A stretch of 64,000 nucleotides of DNA from Dudresnaya verticillata (taxonomy: Eukaryota): positions 2,046,001 to 2,110,000 of the forward strand of contig OZ374564.1 of assembly GCA_977862235.1 (NCBI GenBank). Reading direction: 5' to 3'. The notes beneath the pieces are model-generated. The model saw only the letters and a list, made by a program, of their open reading frames with translations, had not been told where the DNA came from and did not search any database. Shown here in pieces: positions 23,333 through 36,300 of the stretch (the first letter of the stretch is position 1; each line of letters opens with the position of its first letter). The translations under genes were made by a program, and so were the position numbers.

Positions 23333-23784
23333 CACTTATATATACATAGTTCCCGACCACATTATCTATCCACGGTAAGGACTACACATGAGAGGCACAG
23401 ATTACCTGAACCCTGCTCAGAACAGGCCCATAAGGATCTCTTTCGCGCATTTGCTAAAGCTGATGACGCAGGAGGCCATCTAAAAGATATACTTACCGCA
23501 CTGCCCGCCTGAATTCTATATTGAATCCGTAACTTAGGTCTCCTAGAAGACAACGCTTCCCAGATCCGATATCAAGCTGCGTTAGTAGAATTCCAGTTCA
23601 TGATGTCCTAGCGGGAGGGTTCTGCCCCAACACTGATGCCTGAAGACGTGGAATTGCGAATCCGCTCACAATCAGACGACACAAATAATTCAGCGCTCAC
23701 GAACTTAGCTCTACCTCGACATATGCAACGAAGACCGATAAGGGGAACTCCTGCAAATATTATAGACCGTTATGGAGAAGGATT

Positions 23785-24505
23785 TGTAGTACAATGGCTT
23801 TGAAGCCAACAGGGACGGCGACACGGCACGACAGCTGTCCTCAAAGAGCGATCCCACTCGTGTGGTTGGTAGCTCGGGAAAGGGGGTGGTAGAGACTTGA
23901 GAGGGCTTAAAGCCCTGACAAAGGAAAAGGGAAAGGCGAACCCTGCTGAATAGAGCCATTCGTCGTAGACGACAGGGCTTGTAGACGCCCAAAGGGGAGT
24001 TGTAGCGGTAGCACCGTAAGCGTCCAAAAAGGGGAAAACCCAAGGCACAGACCGCTGCCGGTTTAGTGCCGGGCCCCTGCTATTCAGGGGCCCCATAAAT
24101 ACGGCGAGAGCCGAAAAGGTGCTGCTCGCTCAGTTGGAGCTCTATGGCTAATACTTAGCTAATACTGTACAATACAGGTATGATGTGTCCTTAGATAGGA
24201 ATGAGTGGTCAGACCACAAGGCGAGCGCGGCGCCACTGTCAGGCGCCGCGGGGCAAACATCCCCCAGCAATGCATGGCGCGATGGTGCGGTCATAGTTAA
24301 TCCCCAAATGGCACAGTGCCATATCAGCAGTGTGCCTTACAGATTAAATCTGTACACGTGTTGCCTTACAGCGCAGGAGCGTTCCAGCCATGAAATCAAT
24401 CGGAGCACCAGCCATACCGCCCGGGCGGTTGTGCGCCTGCCATTACTTACAGCGAACTCGTGTCCACGTGGCTCCTTACAGGGCGTCAACACCCTTTGTA
24501 CCACA
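23785..24505 (-). repeat. 3' LTR of element B (721 bp)
   Basis: Plus-strand termini TGTAGTACAA...TTGTACCACA. Adjacent minus-strand PPT reads TTAAGAAGGGGGCCG. The left ~200 bp is nearly identical to 37189-37389. Confidence 0.9.
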
Positions 24506-25189
24506 CGGCCCCCTTCTTAAAACTCAGCGACCGCGCTCAGTACAGTGGGACAGCAACGCTGTTTCCAATTAGATTGACCGTTGAGATTTCAATCTCAGTC
24601 CGTTGATTGGCCCGGCCAAGCGCATGTGCTGAAACGCCACCCACCCCGTCTTAACGAGACGGGGAACTTGCCAGAGCTTGAGAGCCGCCGTCGGGGCGCA
24701 CGCGCCGACGCGACCGATATCGTTTGCGCGAAACGCACGTTGGGCAAACGCCTATTTCAACTGCGGCTTTTTGCCGATTGGGACCCTCCCACACCTCGGG
24801 TCCCCCGTGTCATCCACTTCAGTCTGCGACTCCTCGTGCGCCAACGTCACCATCGGCACCACGCATTCAGCTGCAACCCGTGACACGCCGGCGTGTTGCG
24901 TCCTGCGCAGGCTCGCGCCCACACAGTCCGCCTCGCGGCGCTGCCGACACGCTAACGAGATTCTTCCTGGGCTGTTGCCCGTGCGCTTCTTGGCGACGCC
25001 GGCCGCGGCTCTGATCCAGCGTCTTGACCGCCCCTACGGCATCAGCCGTGTATCATCTTCGAGCTCACCCTTCGTGGGCTTCGTCCGACCACGTCGCGTG
25101 GTTTTTCGCCATCGGCGCAGCCGAATCGTTTCATCCAGCGCGCACCGCGCGGTTGTTGAAGTGCGTCACTAAGTTTTCAGAAACTCTCG

Positions 25190-25402
25190 GGTCGCGCTCG
25201 TCGTTTCTTCGGATCGACTTCGGAGCCGACGGTCAGTATTCGAGCCGGATTTGAAGCGGTAGAAGACTCAGGTCGCGCTCGCTGTCTCTGCGGAGCGGCT
25301 TTGGAGCCGACGGTCAGTAGCAGGAGAGCGGCTTTCTAGCCGTAGGGAAATTCAGGTCGCGCTCATCACTCGTTGGGGTGATTTTGGATCCGACGGTCAG
25401 AA
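25190..25402. repeat. Degenerate tandem repeat, 3 units of ~81-84 bp
   Basis: GGTCGCGCTC at 25190, 25271 and 25355, each followed by GGA(G/T)CCGACGGTCAG. Confidence 0.85.
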
Positions 25403-25710
25403 GGCCTCCGTGCCTTAGAAGAACTGCTTGAGAGCAGGGACGGCTACGCCGTAGACGGAGCTCTTGGCCTCGTTGTCTCGCCATCTTCTAGATGTCGCCG
25501 CCGCATTTGGCGTATGGAGTCGCGAGCTCAAGTGCCCAGGTGTTGGGCCACGAATTGGATGCGGCTGGGGTGCCGTTGGTTATTTCGCAGAGCCGCGACT
25601 GGCTCCTGCGTACCGACCTTGCGCACCTTAAGGTGCGCGCAGGGGCCAGTCGCGAGTAGATTCGCCGTCTTGGGAGCCGGGCGGCTCAAAGCCGTGTTTG
25701 GAATACCCTC

Positions 25711-27741
25711 ATGCGGGCTAGGGTGAGTATCCTCACGGGTACGAACCGGTTCCTCCCCGTGTTGGATGGCGACGCCAATACCCTTCAGTGGGATCTTGCC
25801 TACGTGGTGTTTCGGCACGAAGTGCCCTGGAGCAACAACATAGCTCAGAAGCTAACGTCTGAAGCGGTCATATTGGAAGAGATCCATCACGGCGGTGGTT
25901 GGGACCTGCGCATGGTGATGCACGAACGGCCACTTATTCGCGCCGGCAGGGATAACTTTCCCTATACTCTCGCCCGCGTCGTGCAGTGGGATGAATCCTC
26001 AAATCTGAAGTATGCCCTGGATAACCCCCAGACGGCGAAGCCGTTAGAGCATGCTCGCTTCGAGCGGCGTCAACATCACAAGACGGGCTGCTTGGTTCCC
26101 TGCCATTTCCAAGAGGTATCGGCTTTGAAGCCGGAGTTCTATAATGGGAAGTACCCACTGGTCCCGGATGACCACAAGAATTATGAAGTCTCATATTCCA
26201 TGCCGGTGGGAGTGCCAACCATCATTGCCTACCTCGGTTTGGAAATGATGGCCAAAGCCATGGACGATAGTGTCCTATGGAGCATCTTCCGACACGAGTG
26301 GGTCGTGCTCGTTGCGCAGACACTTGTCTATGAGGCTCGTCGAGGTTTGTTATTCTTCATAGGCCAGCCTCTTCGTGTTGCCATTAGGGCTCTGGGCCCT
26401 GCGGGACTGTGTGCGAACGAATCCGATGCCAAGGACTTGGAAGCCCTCTTGTGCTTCGTGGAGCGGATTCGGTGGAGTCAGGTCTCCAAGCGCAACCGTC
26501 ACCTTCCCGACAATACAGGACATCTCACACCGGTTTGCAACCGCGGGGACTGGGTCGACTTTGATCTAGTCAAGTGGCATCCTGTGTTGCCCGAGTATAT
26601 GGTCCATCCCGAACCATCTGAGGAGCGTCCTCTCACTCTTGACGAAGGCATTCGTATGACCGGCGTCACCACTGGTTGGGTTAGTGTCAAGTGGCGTGAG
26701 CCAGGGCCGCAGACTCCGGAAGATGTTCCGCTTTTTGACACTACCGTCGATGGTCAGGCCCAGGGGCCTCATGCACCCACTGTACCCGCGTATGCGAAGG
26801 CGTATCAGGTCGTCCGAGATGTATTCAACAGGCGTGGTCTGGCAATTCGCCTCTTTGCTCATTGGGACTTTCGTCACCTGAACATCCACAGCCTCGCGGA
26901 TTGGGTGGAAGAAGTCATGGTAGACTACGAGCGTGAGTGGATGAGGACCCCAGGTCCTGTTGACCAAATGGAGCGTCTCCGTGCTCACTTCTAGTCTCTT
27001 CCGCCACTTGGCAAACGCGCCCTGAGGGCCGATCCTGCTCCGTGTCGTGGCATAGGCCATATTGGGATGTCATCGGTCAAGATGGAGTCGACCAGCGTCG
27101 CAGGAATTGATCCTCGTGCTCAGACGAGCGAGGACATGGCAGTGGTGCCACGGGAGGAATCGTCGGCGACGGTGGTGAAGGGCGGGGCTTCGGCTTCAAA
27201 GCCGGTCGAGAGAGGTCTTCATCAGGAGGCGGTCGCCTCGTTGGTGACGCCTCAAGCACCTACCACGGCATTAGCTGGCTTTGCCCCCTTGGGGGAGCTC
27301 TTGGGTGAAGACTGCCCACGGACTGGCTCTCAAGCCACGGTGAAGCACAGCGCATCGGATTCGGCTTTGGGATCGACAGCGGTCGCCCCTGGCAACGAAG
27401 GCTCAAAGCCCACAACGGCTCATCCTCAAGAGGGGACTCAGGCAGAGAAGCCTCCAGTTGGTCCGGACGACGTTGTCGTGAAGACAGAGCTAGTCGTCAA
27501 GGAGGAGGACGAAGTGGAGCCCGAAGTCTCCGCCACTACGCATGGCGTCGATGCGATGGAAATCGAGCGTGCGACAGCTGGAAGCCGTGGTGATAACAAC
27601 ATGTCATCGCGTCGCGAACGTGGTAGTCTTCGACTTGGTCGAGGGCGCCACATAGTGCGCGAGGTCCGTCGCGTAGTCGTATCCCACTTGGCTCCGCAGC
27701 CTAACCCTCCGCTTGAGGAGGACGAGGTCATCGATCTGTAG
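25711..27741 (+). CDS. Antisense accessory ORF of element B, unknown function (427 aa + in-frame TAG + 248 aa)
   Basis: ORFs 25711-26994 and 27067-27741 are in frame and separated only by TAG 26992-26994. The N-part looks globular; the C-part is low complexity and ends EEDEVIDL. Confidence 0.7.
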
Positions 27742-28454
27742 TCTGATTAGGTGGTTTGCTCAATCACCTTACTCCCTTATGTTCCTTAGGCGCCCGTCCC
27801 GTAATCCGCCTTACTTGGGCAAGAGCGGCTTATCCGCTAACGTAAAGTAATTCTTCTTGTTGAATCACCTTCGGCTTGGAGCCGACCTGTTATCAGCTTA
27901 GCCCACTGAGCGTTCTGTACGCTCGGAACCATAACGCAAGTGCGTGTTCGTACTCCTTGGAGGAGCCACTGTAGCCTGGTGCCACTGTAGGGGCTCCGTG
28001 CCGCGGATATTTCTTCCACGAATTTTGATTCGTCATGCAATCCGCCTCTTCCTTGGGGAATGGCCAATGAGGAGCTGCCATCTCAGAAGGAGCCACTCTA
28101 CAGTAGGGGTGGTTCACACTGTAGAGTTGAACTCTATTTGGCGCCAACGCCTGCCGTGCTGGTCAGTCGGAGCCTATTCAGGGTGAGACCCCTCCTTCTG
28201 GGGAGAGGGGTAGTCGTGCTCCCTTCTTCCTTCCATTTTTAGCGCGGGGGCGAGCGGCGCCGGGTGACTCATAGGTCATGGGACCTCCAAGAAGACGTTG
28301 ACGTCCTGGGTGATAGAAGGAGTCATGGCTTATGAGCCAGGAGGTTGTCTGAGAGGCTCTATGCCTGAGGTCGCTTCTTCCGCGTTTGCGACATGTCACG
28401 TAGCAATGTCCCAGAGCTCGTGCCCTATGGTTCCCACCATTTCCTACACGTTAG

Positions 28455-28666
28455 CCAAGGTCTTGAACCTTCCATATCATCTATCCAGTTCATCTATCCA
28501 AGGTCTTGAACCTTCCATATTATCTATCCATTTCATCTGTCCAAGGTCTTGAACCTTCCATATTTTCTATCCATCTCATCTATCCAAGGTCTTGAATCTT
28601 CCATATTATACATCGCATTTGCTCTATCCAAAGTCTTGAACCTTCCATATTATACCTCGCATTTGC
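28455..28666. repeat. Tandem repeat, 5 units of 43-44 bp
   Basis: CCAAGGTCTTGAACCTTCCATAT-type unit starts at 28455, 28498, 28541, 28584 and 28628. Confidence 0.92.
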
Positions 28667-28796
28667 GCAACTTTCTCTAAGACATCGGTCTTGTGTTACA
28701 CTACCACTCGCCTCTCTTATCCAGAGGGAGGGGGAGAACATACGCCCTTGGCATTATGAAACAGGGTTTCCATCTGGCCACAGGCTGACATACAGA

Positions 28797-31700
28797 CTAG
28801 TATCCCAGTAGTTCGGCGGGAAGGGGGATTCCCTTCTTACGGTGATACCGCTTAACTAAGTTCTCCGGGAGATGCTGTCGTGGCTCCCACGTATCCTGCG
28901 AGGCAGGGCACTGGTACCAACGTACTTTGTACATTTCCGACTCTGCGTCGTATCCGACTAACTTGTCATAAACATACTACCGAGGGGGAGCTTTCTTGAA
29001 GCGTGAGAACTTACGGCGGGGAGCCGTCTCTTCGGCTTCTGTAGCAGTTGGTCCGGCAACAAGCCGAGGAGAACTATTATCCCTGGATACCATTGCCGCG
29101 CGATCGCCCAATTCAGGCGGTATGAGAACCTCGCGAGCGGGTGTGGTTATGGAAACCGGGCCAGCGTCGTTATCGATATTATCGGTTTCTCGCCGTGGGG
29201 GCGAGACAGTCGGCGCATATGCGGCCTCGACGACCGTTTCCAACAGCTCACTGCCGGGTTGAGCCGGTGCCCTTTCGACACCACTGGTATTCGGGGGCGT
29301 TGCCTTCGAGGGTGGGTCTGCTGGTTCCGCGTCGTCGCGCCCAGATTCCACGATAGGGGCACTTGCCCAATAGCGCCGAACTCATCGTTTGGTGATGGGG
29401 CCAGTGTTACAAGATCCAGAGAGACTAACTCTTTTTCGCCAGCTTTTTGCAGCACGACTGTGTGTGTTCCTCGTTCGAGCACCTTAAAGGGGCCTAGCGC
29501 TTGTGGAAACAATTTCCCTTCTCGAGCCACGCCTTTGGCGTCTTTCACCTTCGTTCCTCTTTCGAGGAATTCCCATTGGCCTGGGCGTACGTTTTGGTTA
29601 ATCAACCGCATACGATTGTTGAAGTTAACTTCATATCGTCGCTGGGCCATCCGCAGGCGTGGCAACGCTGTATCCATCAGCTTCTCGAGCCGGGTAGTCA
29701 GCCGTTTATTCACGTTAGTTGCTGGAACATTTTCAACGTCTACTGCCTCGGTTCTTTCCATTAGAATGGACGTGGGAGGGTTAGATAAAACCAAATCGAC
29801 GGGCGCAAGACCGGTCCCTCGGTGAACGGTCGGTTTATACGCGTACGTCAAAGCCGACGTGAATTCATCCCAATCCTTCTGGTCATCGGAGATGAAGTGT
29901 CTCAGCCCAGCCAACAAGGTTCTATTAAACCTCTCGGTTTGTCCATTCGTCTGTGGATGGTAAGTAGACGTGAACAGATTCCTGATCCGAAGTATGCCAC
30001 AGACGGCTCTGAAAAACTTCGATGCGAACTGCGGACCGTTGTCCGACAAAACATAGCGGGGAGGCCAGTAAGTGTATACCCAATGTTCGCAGAACGCTCT
30101 TGCCACGGTGTAAGCCGTTACCGTTTTCAATGGGACAAGCCCTGGTGAGCTTTAAGAAGCGATCGGTTATTACGAGAACGTACTCGTTACCCTTGCTCGA
30201 TCGGGGTAGCGGTCCTAGGATGTCAATCCCCACGAATTCTAACGGCATCGTAGCCGGGAACAGCTTCATCTGCGAAGCATGTTGCCGTAATTGGACTCGT
30301 TCCCGAGCGCATTTGACACAATTTCGAACGGTCGCGTATACTGCGAGAACATACCAGGCCAATAGACCTGTCGGCGCAAGTTATGATACATTCTGGTGCC
30401 ACCGGGATGGCCTGCCATCTCGGGATAGTGCGCCAGATGCAGAACCCGTTCTTGAAGGACCTGAGGTATCACTACCTGCAAAGTTTTGTCGATATAAGAC
30501 CGTCGGACTAAAAGTCCCCTTTCGTCTTCGAGGTAACAGCCTGGCTTTCCAGTCTCGATGGCCAGCTTAATACCCTTGCAGAATGGATATGTCAATTGCG
30601 TGCGAAGTAGTTCTTCCACCGTAATCAGAGATAGACTCTTCTCGTCCACTTTCTTTTCAGCCACCGTGGCTATCAACTGCTCATCCTCGAATTCAAACTC
30701 AGCTAATTGGTCCTCGGGTTCGACTTCCCAAACCTCCAGAGGTCGCGGCTCGGTGTCGGCTCTAGCATTTCCTTCGGAAGGACGATCGGGAAATCCCTCG
30801 CGCTCGCTGTCGGCGATAATGAAGCAAGGGATCTCTAGGTCCGGTTCCCAACTGGTGAATCCATAAGTGGGTAGTCGCGAGACAGCGTCTGCTATCTGGT
30901 TCTTATTTCCCTTACGGTATTGAACCGTGAAATCGTACTCCAAGAGTCGCAAGCGCCAGCGCGCTAGACGACCTGATGCGTCGGTCATACTCATCATCCA
31001 CTTGAGCGCTTGGGGGTCGGTATAGAGGTCAAAATGCGACCTTTCCAAATACGGTCTGAGCATTTGTGTGGCCCAGACTACAGCGAGACACTCCTTTTCT
31101 CCAACGGAATAATTCCGCTCAGCCTGGGTAAGGCCTCGGCTCCAGAAACCGATCGGGTGGCGTGTGCCATCTGGCTCCATATGCATAAGGGCACACCCTA
31201 TCTGATAATCACATGCGTCGGTATCTACCGAGAGAGGTCTATCTTCCTTAGGAAGCCGGAGGATCGGTGGCGCTATGAGTGCCTTCTTGAACAGGGCGAA
31301 GGCGTCGCGTTGCCGTTCATCGAACGGGGGTAAGTGGAACCCAACATCCTTCTGTAGAAGCCTATTAAGCGGAGACGCGACCCTAGCGAAATTTCGGTAC
31401 GAAGCGTCTATAGACGTTACACAATCCAATAAACGACCTTAGTTGTGTCTGAGTCGTAGGCTCCTTGAAACCTTCGATAGCTTGGGTGTTTTTGGTAGCC
31501 ACCTCTAGCAGCCCTGGTCGGATCACATGTCCGAGGTAGTCCACACTCTTTGTGAAGAAATTACATTTCTTGAGCTTGAGCGATACGCCTGCTTGCTTCA
31601 ATACAGAGAGTATCTCTTGAACGTGACCTATGTGTTCGTCGACACTCTTGGAAAAGACTATGATGTCATCCAAATAGACGAGGCAGGATTTCCATCTGTA

Positions 31701-33386
31701 TCCCGATAATAGAATATCAACCGTTGGTTGAAACGTCGCAGGTGCGTTGCACAGTCCGAATGGCATTCGGCAGAACTGAAAGCAACCAGCATGACAGGTG
31801 AACGCTGTTTTGGGCTTATCTTCAGCCGCAACTGGTATTTGCCAGTAGCCCGAATTGCAATCGAGGGTGGTGAAATACTGGGCGTCGCCCAACGAGTCCA
31901 AGCACTCATCCATGCGCGGTATAGGATAAGAATCCTTGATGGTAATCGCGTTCAGTTTCCTGTAATCGACACAGAACCGGACGGATCCGTCAGGCTTCTT
32001 AACCAGTACCACTGGACTTGTGAATTCAGAGCGTGCTGGCTCTATGACTCCTTCCTTGAGCATCTTATCGACCTCGTCCTGCTCCGCTTGTCGCGCTTTC
32101 GGCCCTCAATGATAGGGTTGTGCAGATACAGGTTTGGAACCTTCTGGGAGCTCAATACGATGCTCCGTGACCTTGATGGTCCCTAATTGCCCGTTCCACA
32201 TGTCGGCGAAAGGATGCAACATTTTGCGAACGCGGCGTCTGTCGGACGGGGATAGGTGTTCTAATTCCAAGTCGTCGACTGTGAGCTTCTCAGTGGCGGG
32301 TTTGACGCCTCTTTTGGAGTTGGCCGCGCCAAGAGCAGCAGCTAGCCCTGCCCCTCTACATCGAACGATGTATCGGCAGGAGGACTCGAGTCCTGTGGCT
32401 TCGGGTCCGTATTGTCGGGGACATCGGCGATGGAAAGAGTATAAACCGGCGTGGCCGTCGGGGCGGGAACGGCGCGACCAATGACTTGGTGCTTGGTCAG
32501 CCGTTGCACTTGGTGAGAGAAGTTAGCAATCTTAACACGGAAGAGAACGTTCTCTTATATCTTGACGATTCCCTTCGTGACGACCACTTGCTGACGGTCG
32601 TAAAGACGTTGGAAGGAATCCAAGAAGTATGTTCCTTTTGCGGTACAGGATACCGCGACCCAGGTTTCCGAACCGGGTTGTAAGTTAGTTGTGTGAGCAA
32701 CTCGCACGAGGCGAGAAGTAGTTAGTGGAGGGACCTCCATGGTTTCGCCAGAGCGTGTGGCTCTCGGGATACCGCATCGCCGTCGTAGAATGGGATGTAC
32801 CGAAACGTCACGTAAGACTACGTGTTGCTTACGCACTCGAAGTTGTTCGACGTGGCTATCGATATAGGTGCATCCTAGTATCATATCGACGGCTAGCGCC
32901 GAGACCACGGCGAAGGGTTGAAGGACCGTGTGGATTCCAATCTTGACGAAGAGGGAGATCATTCCCAATGTTGGTAAGCGGTGGCTTGATGCCGAGGTAA
33001 GGTTGACGATCGACTGGGTCGAGGAAACCTTATCCCGGTCGTCCAAAGAGAGCACGTCAGCTCTGATGAGATTGGGGCCTGCGCCCGTGTCCAGAACTGA
33101 AAGTACTTGAGTCATGTTTTCAACAGAGGTTCCAACGGACGCGACAACTTTATAGTTGTATCTAGATAGCGCGCACACTGGGTCCTTAATGTACTCATCA
33201 TACTTGCACCCGGGGGGTAAGCCCACGGGGCGTGCTAAAACCTTCTTTGGAAGAGGAAGCGGGAGTTCCCGCGAGACCGATCGTTCGGGTGAGGGAGGAC
33301 ATAGGAAATGACATTCCTCGGAGCGATCGGGGGTTCCGATACGACTGGAGTTGCCCAGTGAACCGAAACCGGTTCCCCCCTTGCTA
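28797..33386 (-). pseudogene. pol of element B: aspartic protease, RT, RNase H, integrase, chromodomain (multiple frameshifts/stops)
   Basis: VLDTGAGPNL (PR); FCVDYRKLN, MPFGLCNAPATF, VYLDDII (RT); DTDACDYQIG, YSVGEKECLA (RH); HYPEMAGHPG, CVKC, GIDILGP, SDNGPQF, TERFNRT (IN); LGPFKV; chromodomain YVYDKLVG...YKVRWYQCPASQDTWEP (28800-28976). Confidence 0.95.
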
Positions 33387-33393
33387 GTTTTTC
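33360..33393 (-). promoter_or_regulatory. Putative -1 ribosomal frameshift signal between gag and pol
   Basis: Minus strand GAAAAAC-TAG, then 8 nt later the hairpin GAACCG-GTTT-CGGTTC. Confidence 0.6.
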
Positions 33394-36300
33394 GGCCTTC
33401 TAGCAGGCGACTGCGGGAGTGGTGGAGGCGGCGGGAGGCTTCGGAAGTCAGGTCTTGGCGACCGTGGCGCCGTCGGCGTATGTCTCGGAGTGTCCACTGG
33501 ATGATTCAATCCCCCTTGAAATTGGACATGGCCATTTCGGCTTGGGACAGACCCCAAATTTTGAGGAGGCCCCCTCGATGGCCCTGCTCAACGTCCTGAC
33601 GACGCATAATCGGGTTGTTCCCTACGAGTATTCCCCGGGGTGAAATCAGGTAGTCGCCCTATGGTGGCTAACCATGCCTTCTGTTCGCGAGACAGTTGAT
33701 AAAACTGCTGGCGTTTTAGTACCTCAAATGACGGTTCATCCGTACGAGCCAGATAAGGGCAATTCGGCTTTTTATGGCCCACGCCCAGAAACTCGAAGCA
33801 TATGTCATTTGGCCTGTCTTCGACAGCCACCCAACCAGGACGTTGTGTCTTGGTGGGCTGAGCCCAGGCAGGCATCCTGTGGTTGTAGTTCTGAAGGACT
33901 GCGTCCACATCGCCTTGATATGGGTGGTCGCTCAGCGCCGCAGACCACGAGTCTGATTGGGTTACGCTGGATGGAGGCGCTTGGTGATCAATGGCTGCAA
34001 CCACTGCGTCCTCACTATCGGCCTCAGAGCTGCTGCTCTTCGAGGAATCGGTATCGGAGGACTGTTGAGTCCTATTTTGGCGAATGAGGAGCGCTCTTCC
34101 AGACTTGTGCGTCTTGACCCATGCCAGGGTTTTGCGAGGTAGCGAGGAGCTCGTCTTCTTGAGACGAGAATCACTCGCAAGGGCGCGGTGCGAATCTCCC
34201 TGGGCTGTCGCTAACTCGACATAGTCGGCTAGTCGCGCGGAGCGCGGGTCCAGGGAGGACGTGCTTAGAAGCGGTTTCACCGCTGGTAGTAGCCCGCGTA
34301 TAAAACGCGTTATCAAGTCTTGTTCCGAGTAGACTCCCGTGACCTTTCGCGCCTTATTCTGTAGACGTCTTAAAAAAGAGACTTCGTCTTCCTCTGACCC
34401 TTGGGTCGTCGTATCCATTTCAGAAGAAATCTGTTCAATGTAAAAGTCTTTTGGCGTAAGTCCGCAAGAGGTAATTTATGGCCTCGGGCCACTCATTGAA
34501 TCCGCCATTGTCGTCTCCGGCCCCGTCGAAATTTGCATCGAACATGTCCTTCGCGTCCTTTTCAAGGAATTCAGGTATGACCAGGATGACCGCTCCTTCG
34601 CTCACTTGGGCTTGGTCCAACTGTCTCTTCAAGGTGGCTAGAAAGCCTATGATGGAAACTGGATCTTTCCCATCGAATCTCCGACTCCTCATTACGGATT
34701 TAATCCGCTTGATCTTTTCGAGGTGGCTTCCGTTACCTCGGGCCCACGATATGAATCGACGTTCTATAATCGGCATCTCCGATACGAAAGTACCTGTATG
34801 AACGCCGGGTTTCGTGGAGTTAACTCCTTGGTTCCCGCTCGACGCGGTCCTCGCCAGGAGCTCCAAGAGGGTCTTGAAAGACCTCGTGACGTCGGCTCGT
34901 CCTCGCCCGATTGCATCGGCGCTGGGTATGAGGCGTTTCGACGCTGCCCCACATCATTACGGCTTGAAAGCCGGTCTTGACGGGCGTCCCGTGTATTGCG
35001 ACATACAGTGGGACCGTGCGATGATCGGCAATCAAACCGGGGGTGCGTGGACTTCCTACGACTAAGGTCGTCCTGTCCAGACTCCCCCTCCGAGTCACGT
35101 CTTGGAGACGTCCTGCGACGGTCCCTCGTGCCGCGGGACACGGGGGAGCGTCGCCGCTCGACCTCAGGGATTAAATCCCTCTCGCGACTGAGTCGTCGCA
35201 TCCTTGCTTCCAGCAACGTTACCTTCCGCTTTTCAGCTTCAAGTTCTTGTCTCAGGAGCTCAATAGCTCTGTCTTGTTCCGCACACCTGGTGTCGTCTAC
35301 GTTTCGCCGAACGTCTTCAATAGCCAATGCGGCTTCTTCTCGAGTTAGGTCGGTGACCTTTGTAAGCGTATGAAGGTTTCCATGGACGGCGTCCAATTGG
35401 TCACCTAGTGAGTCCATTTGCGCTTGCAGGGTTTCGACCCTCTCTTCTTCTAATCCTCTAAGAGGACCTTGCCGGAATCGAGATTCCATCTCCTGTTGGC
35501 ATTTAGCCAAAAGGCGGTCGTCACGGCGCGTCGACGCCTCGTCGATATATCGCTTGACCTTTAGAAAGGTGTCATCGGCTTGACTCTCCAGGAGCGCCAC
35601 GACACTCGTCGTCAATGATTTCTCGATTCCCAATTCGACCATTTGTCCTATTTCGCGCTCTGTAAAGCAGCGGACGTCCGATGAATTGTACTTCGTTCTT
35701 GACGGCAGCCCTACGTCCGGGGCGGCCGTGGTATCATCATCTTGGGCTCGTCCGCCTATGGCTTGCTGGCTGTCTAAAGCCAGAGGCGGCGGCATCATTC
35801 CAGGGTGTGGTGTAGTGAAAACCCACGAACTCCGAGACGGACAGCTGGCCTGACTTTCCTTAACGGACGAGAGCAACATTAGCTCCACGGGGTGGTAGAG
35901 CAGTTCGCACCGAGACGGGAGACCAGCGTGCGGCTAACCGAGACGGATATTGGGAAGCAACAGACAAGGGGGTGGTACAAGTGCCGGGACGGACTCCGTA
36001 ACGGTGGTGGTGGTAGACAGCAACGGGCTCGGCGCGGGGAAAACCGTAAAGGATTGGGCTAAGGTTGCTTACCCGTTTACCTTAGGAGCCGCTGCGGTGC
36101 CGTCCTGATATACAAGTCACGGTGTCACCGAGCGGTCCGGTCCGTGGGGGCCAGACCCTAGTGGTCTGGTCCTATGGTGGAATCGGCCCTGCTGGTCCCA
36201 ATCTCCGACACGGACATGCGCAGCATTCTTATTGGCTGGTGCACTACTCTACATACTGTACAGATACTCGAGTACATACTGTACAGATACTCACTAAAAA

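Noticed and set aside
23340..23780. Coding-like remnant between LTR-D and LTR-B
   Set aside because: Multiple stops and no identifiable motif.
28455..28666. CRISPR-like array
   Set aside because: The linkers are related to each other rather than unique spacers, there are no cas genes, and the array lies within a eukaryotic retrotransposon.
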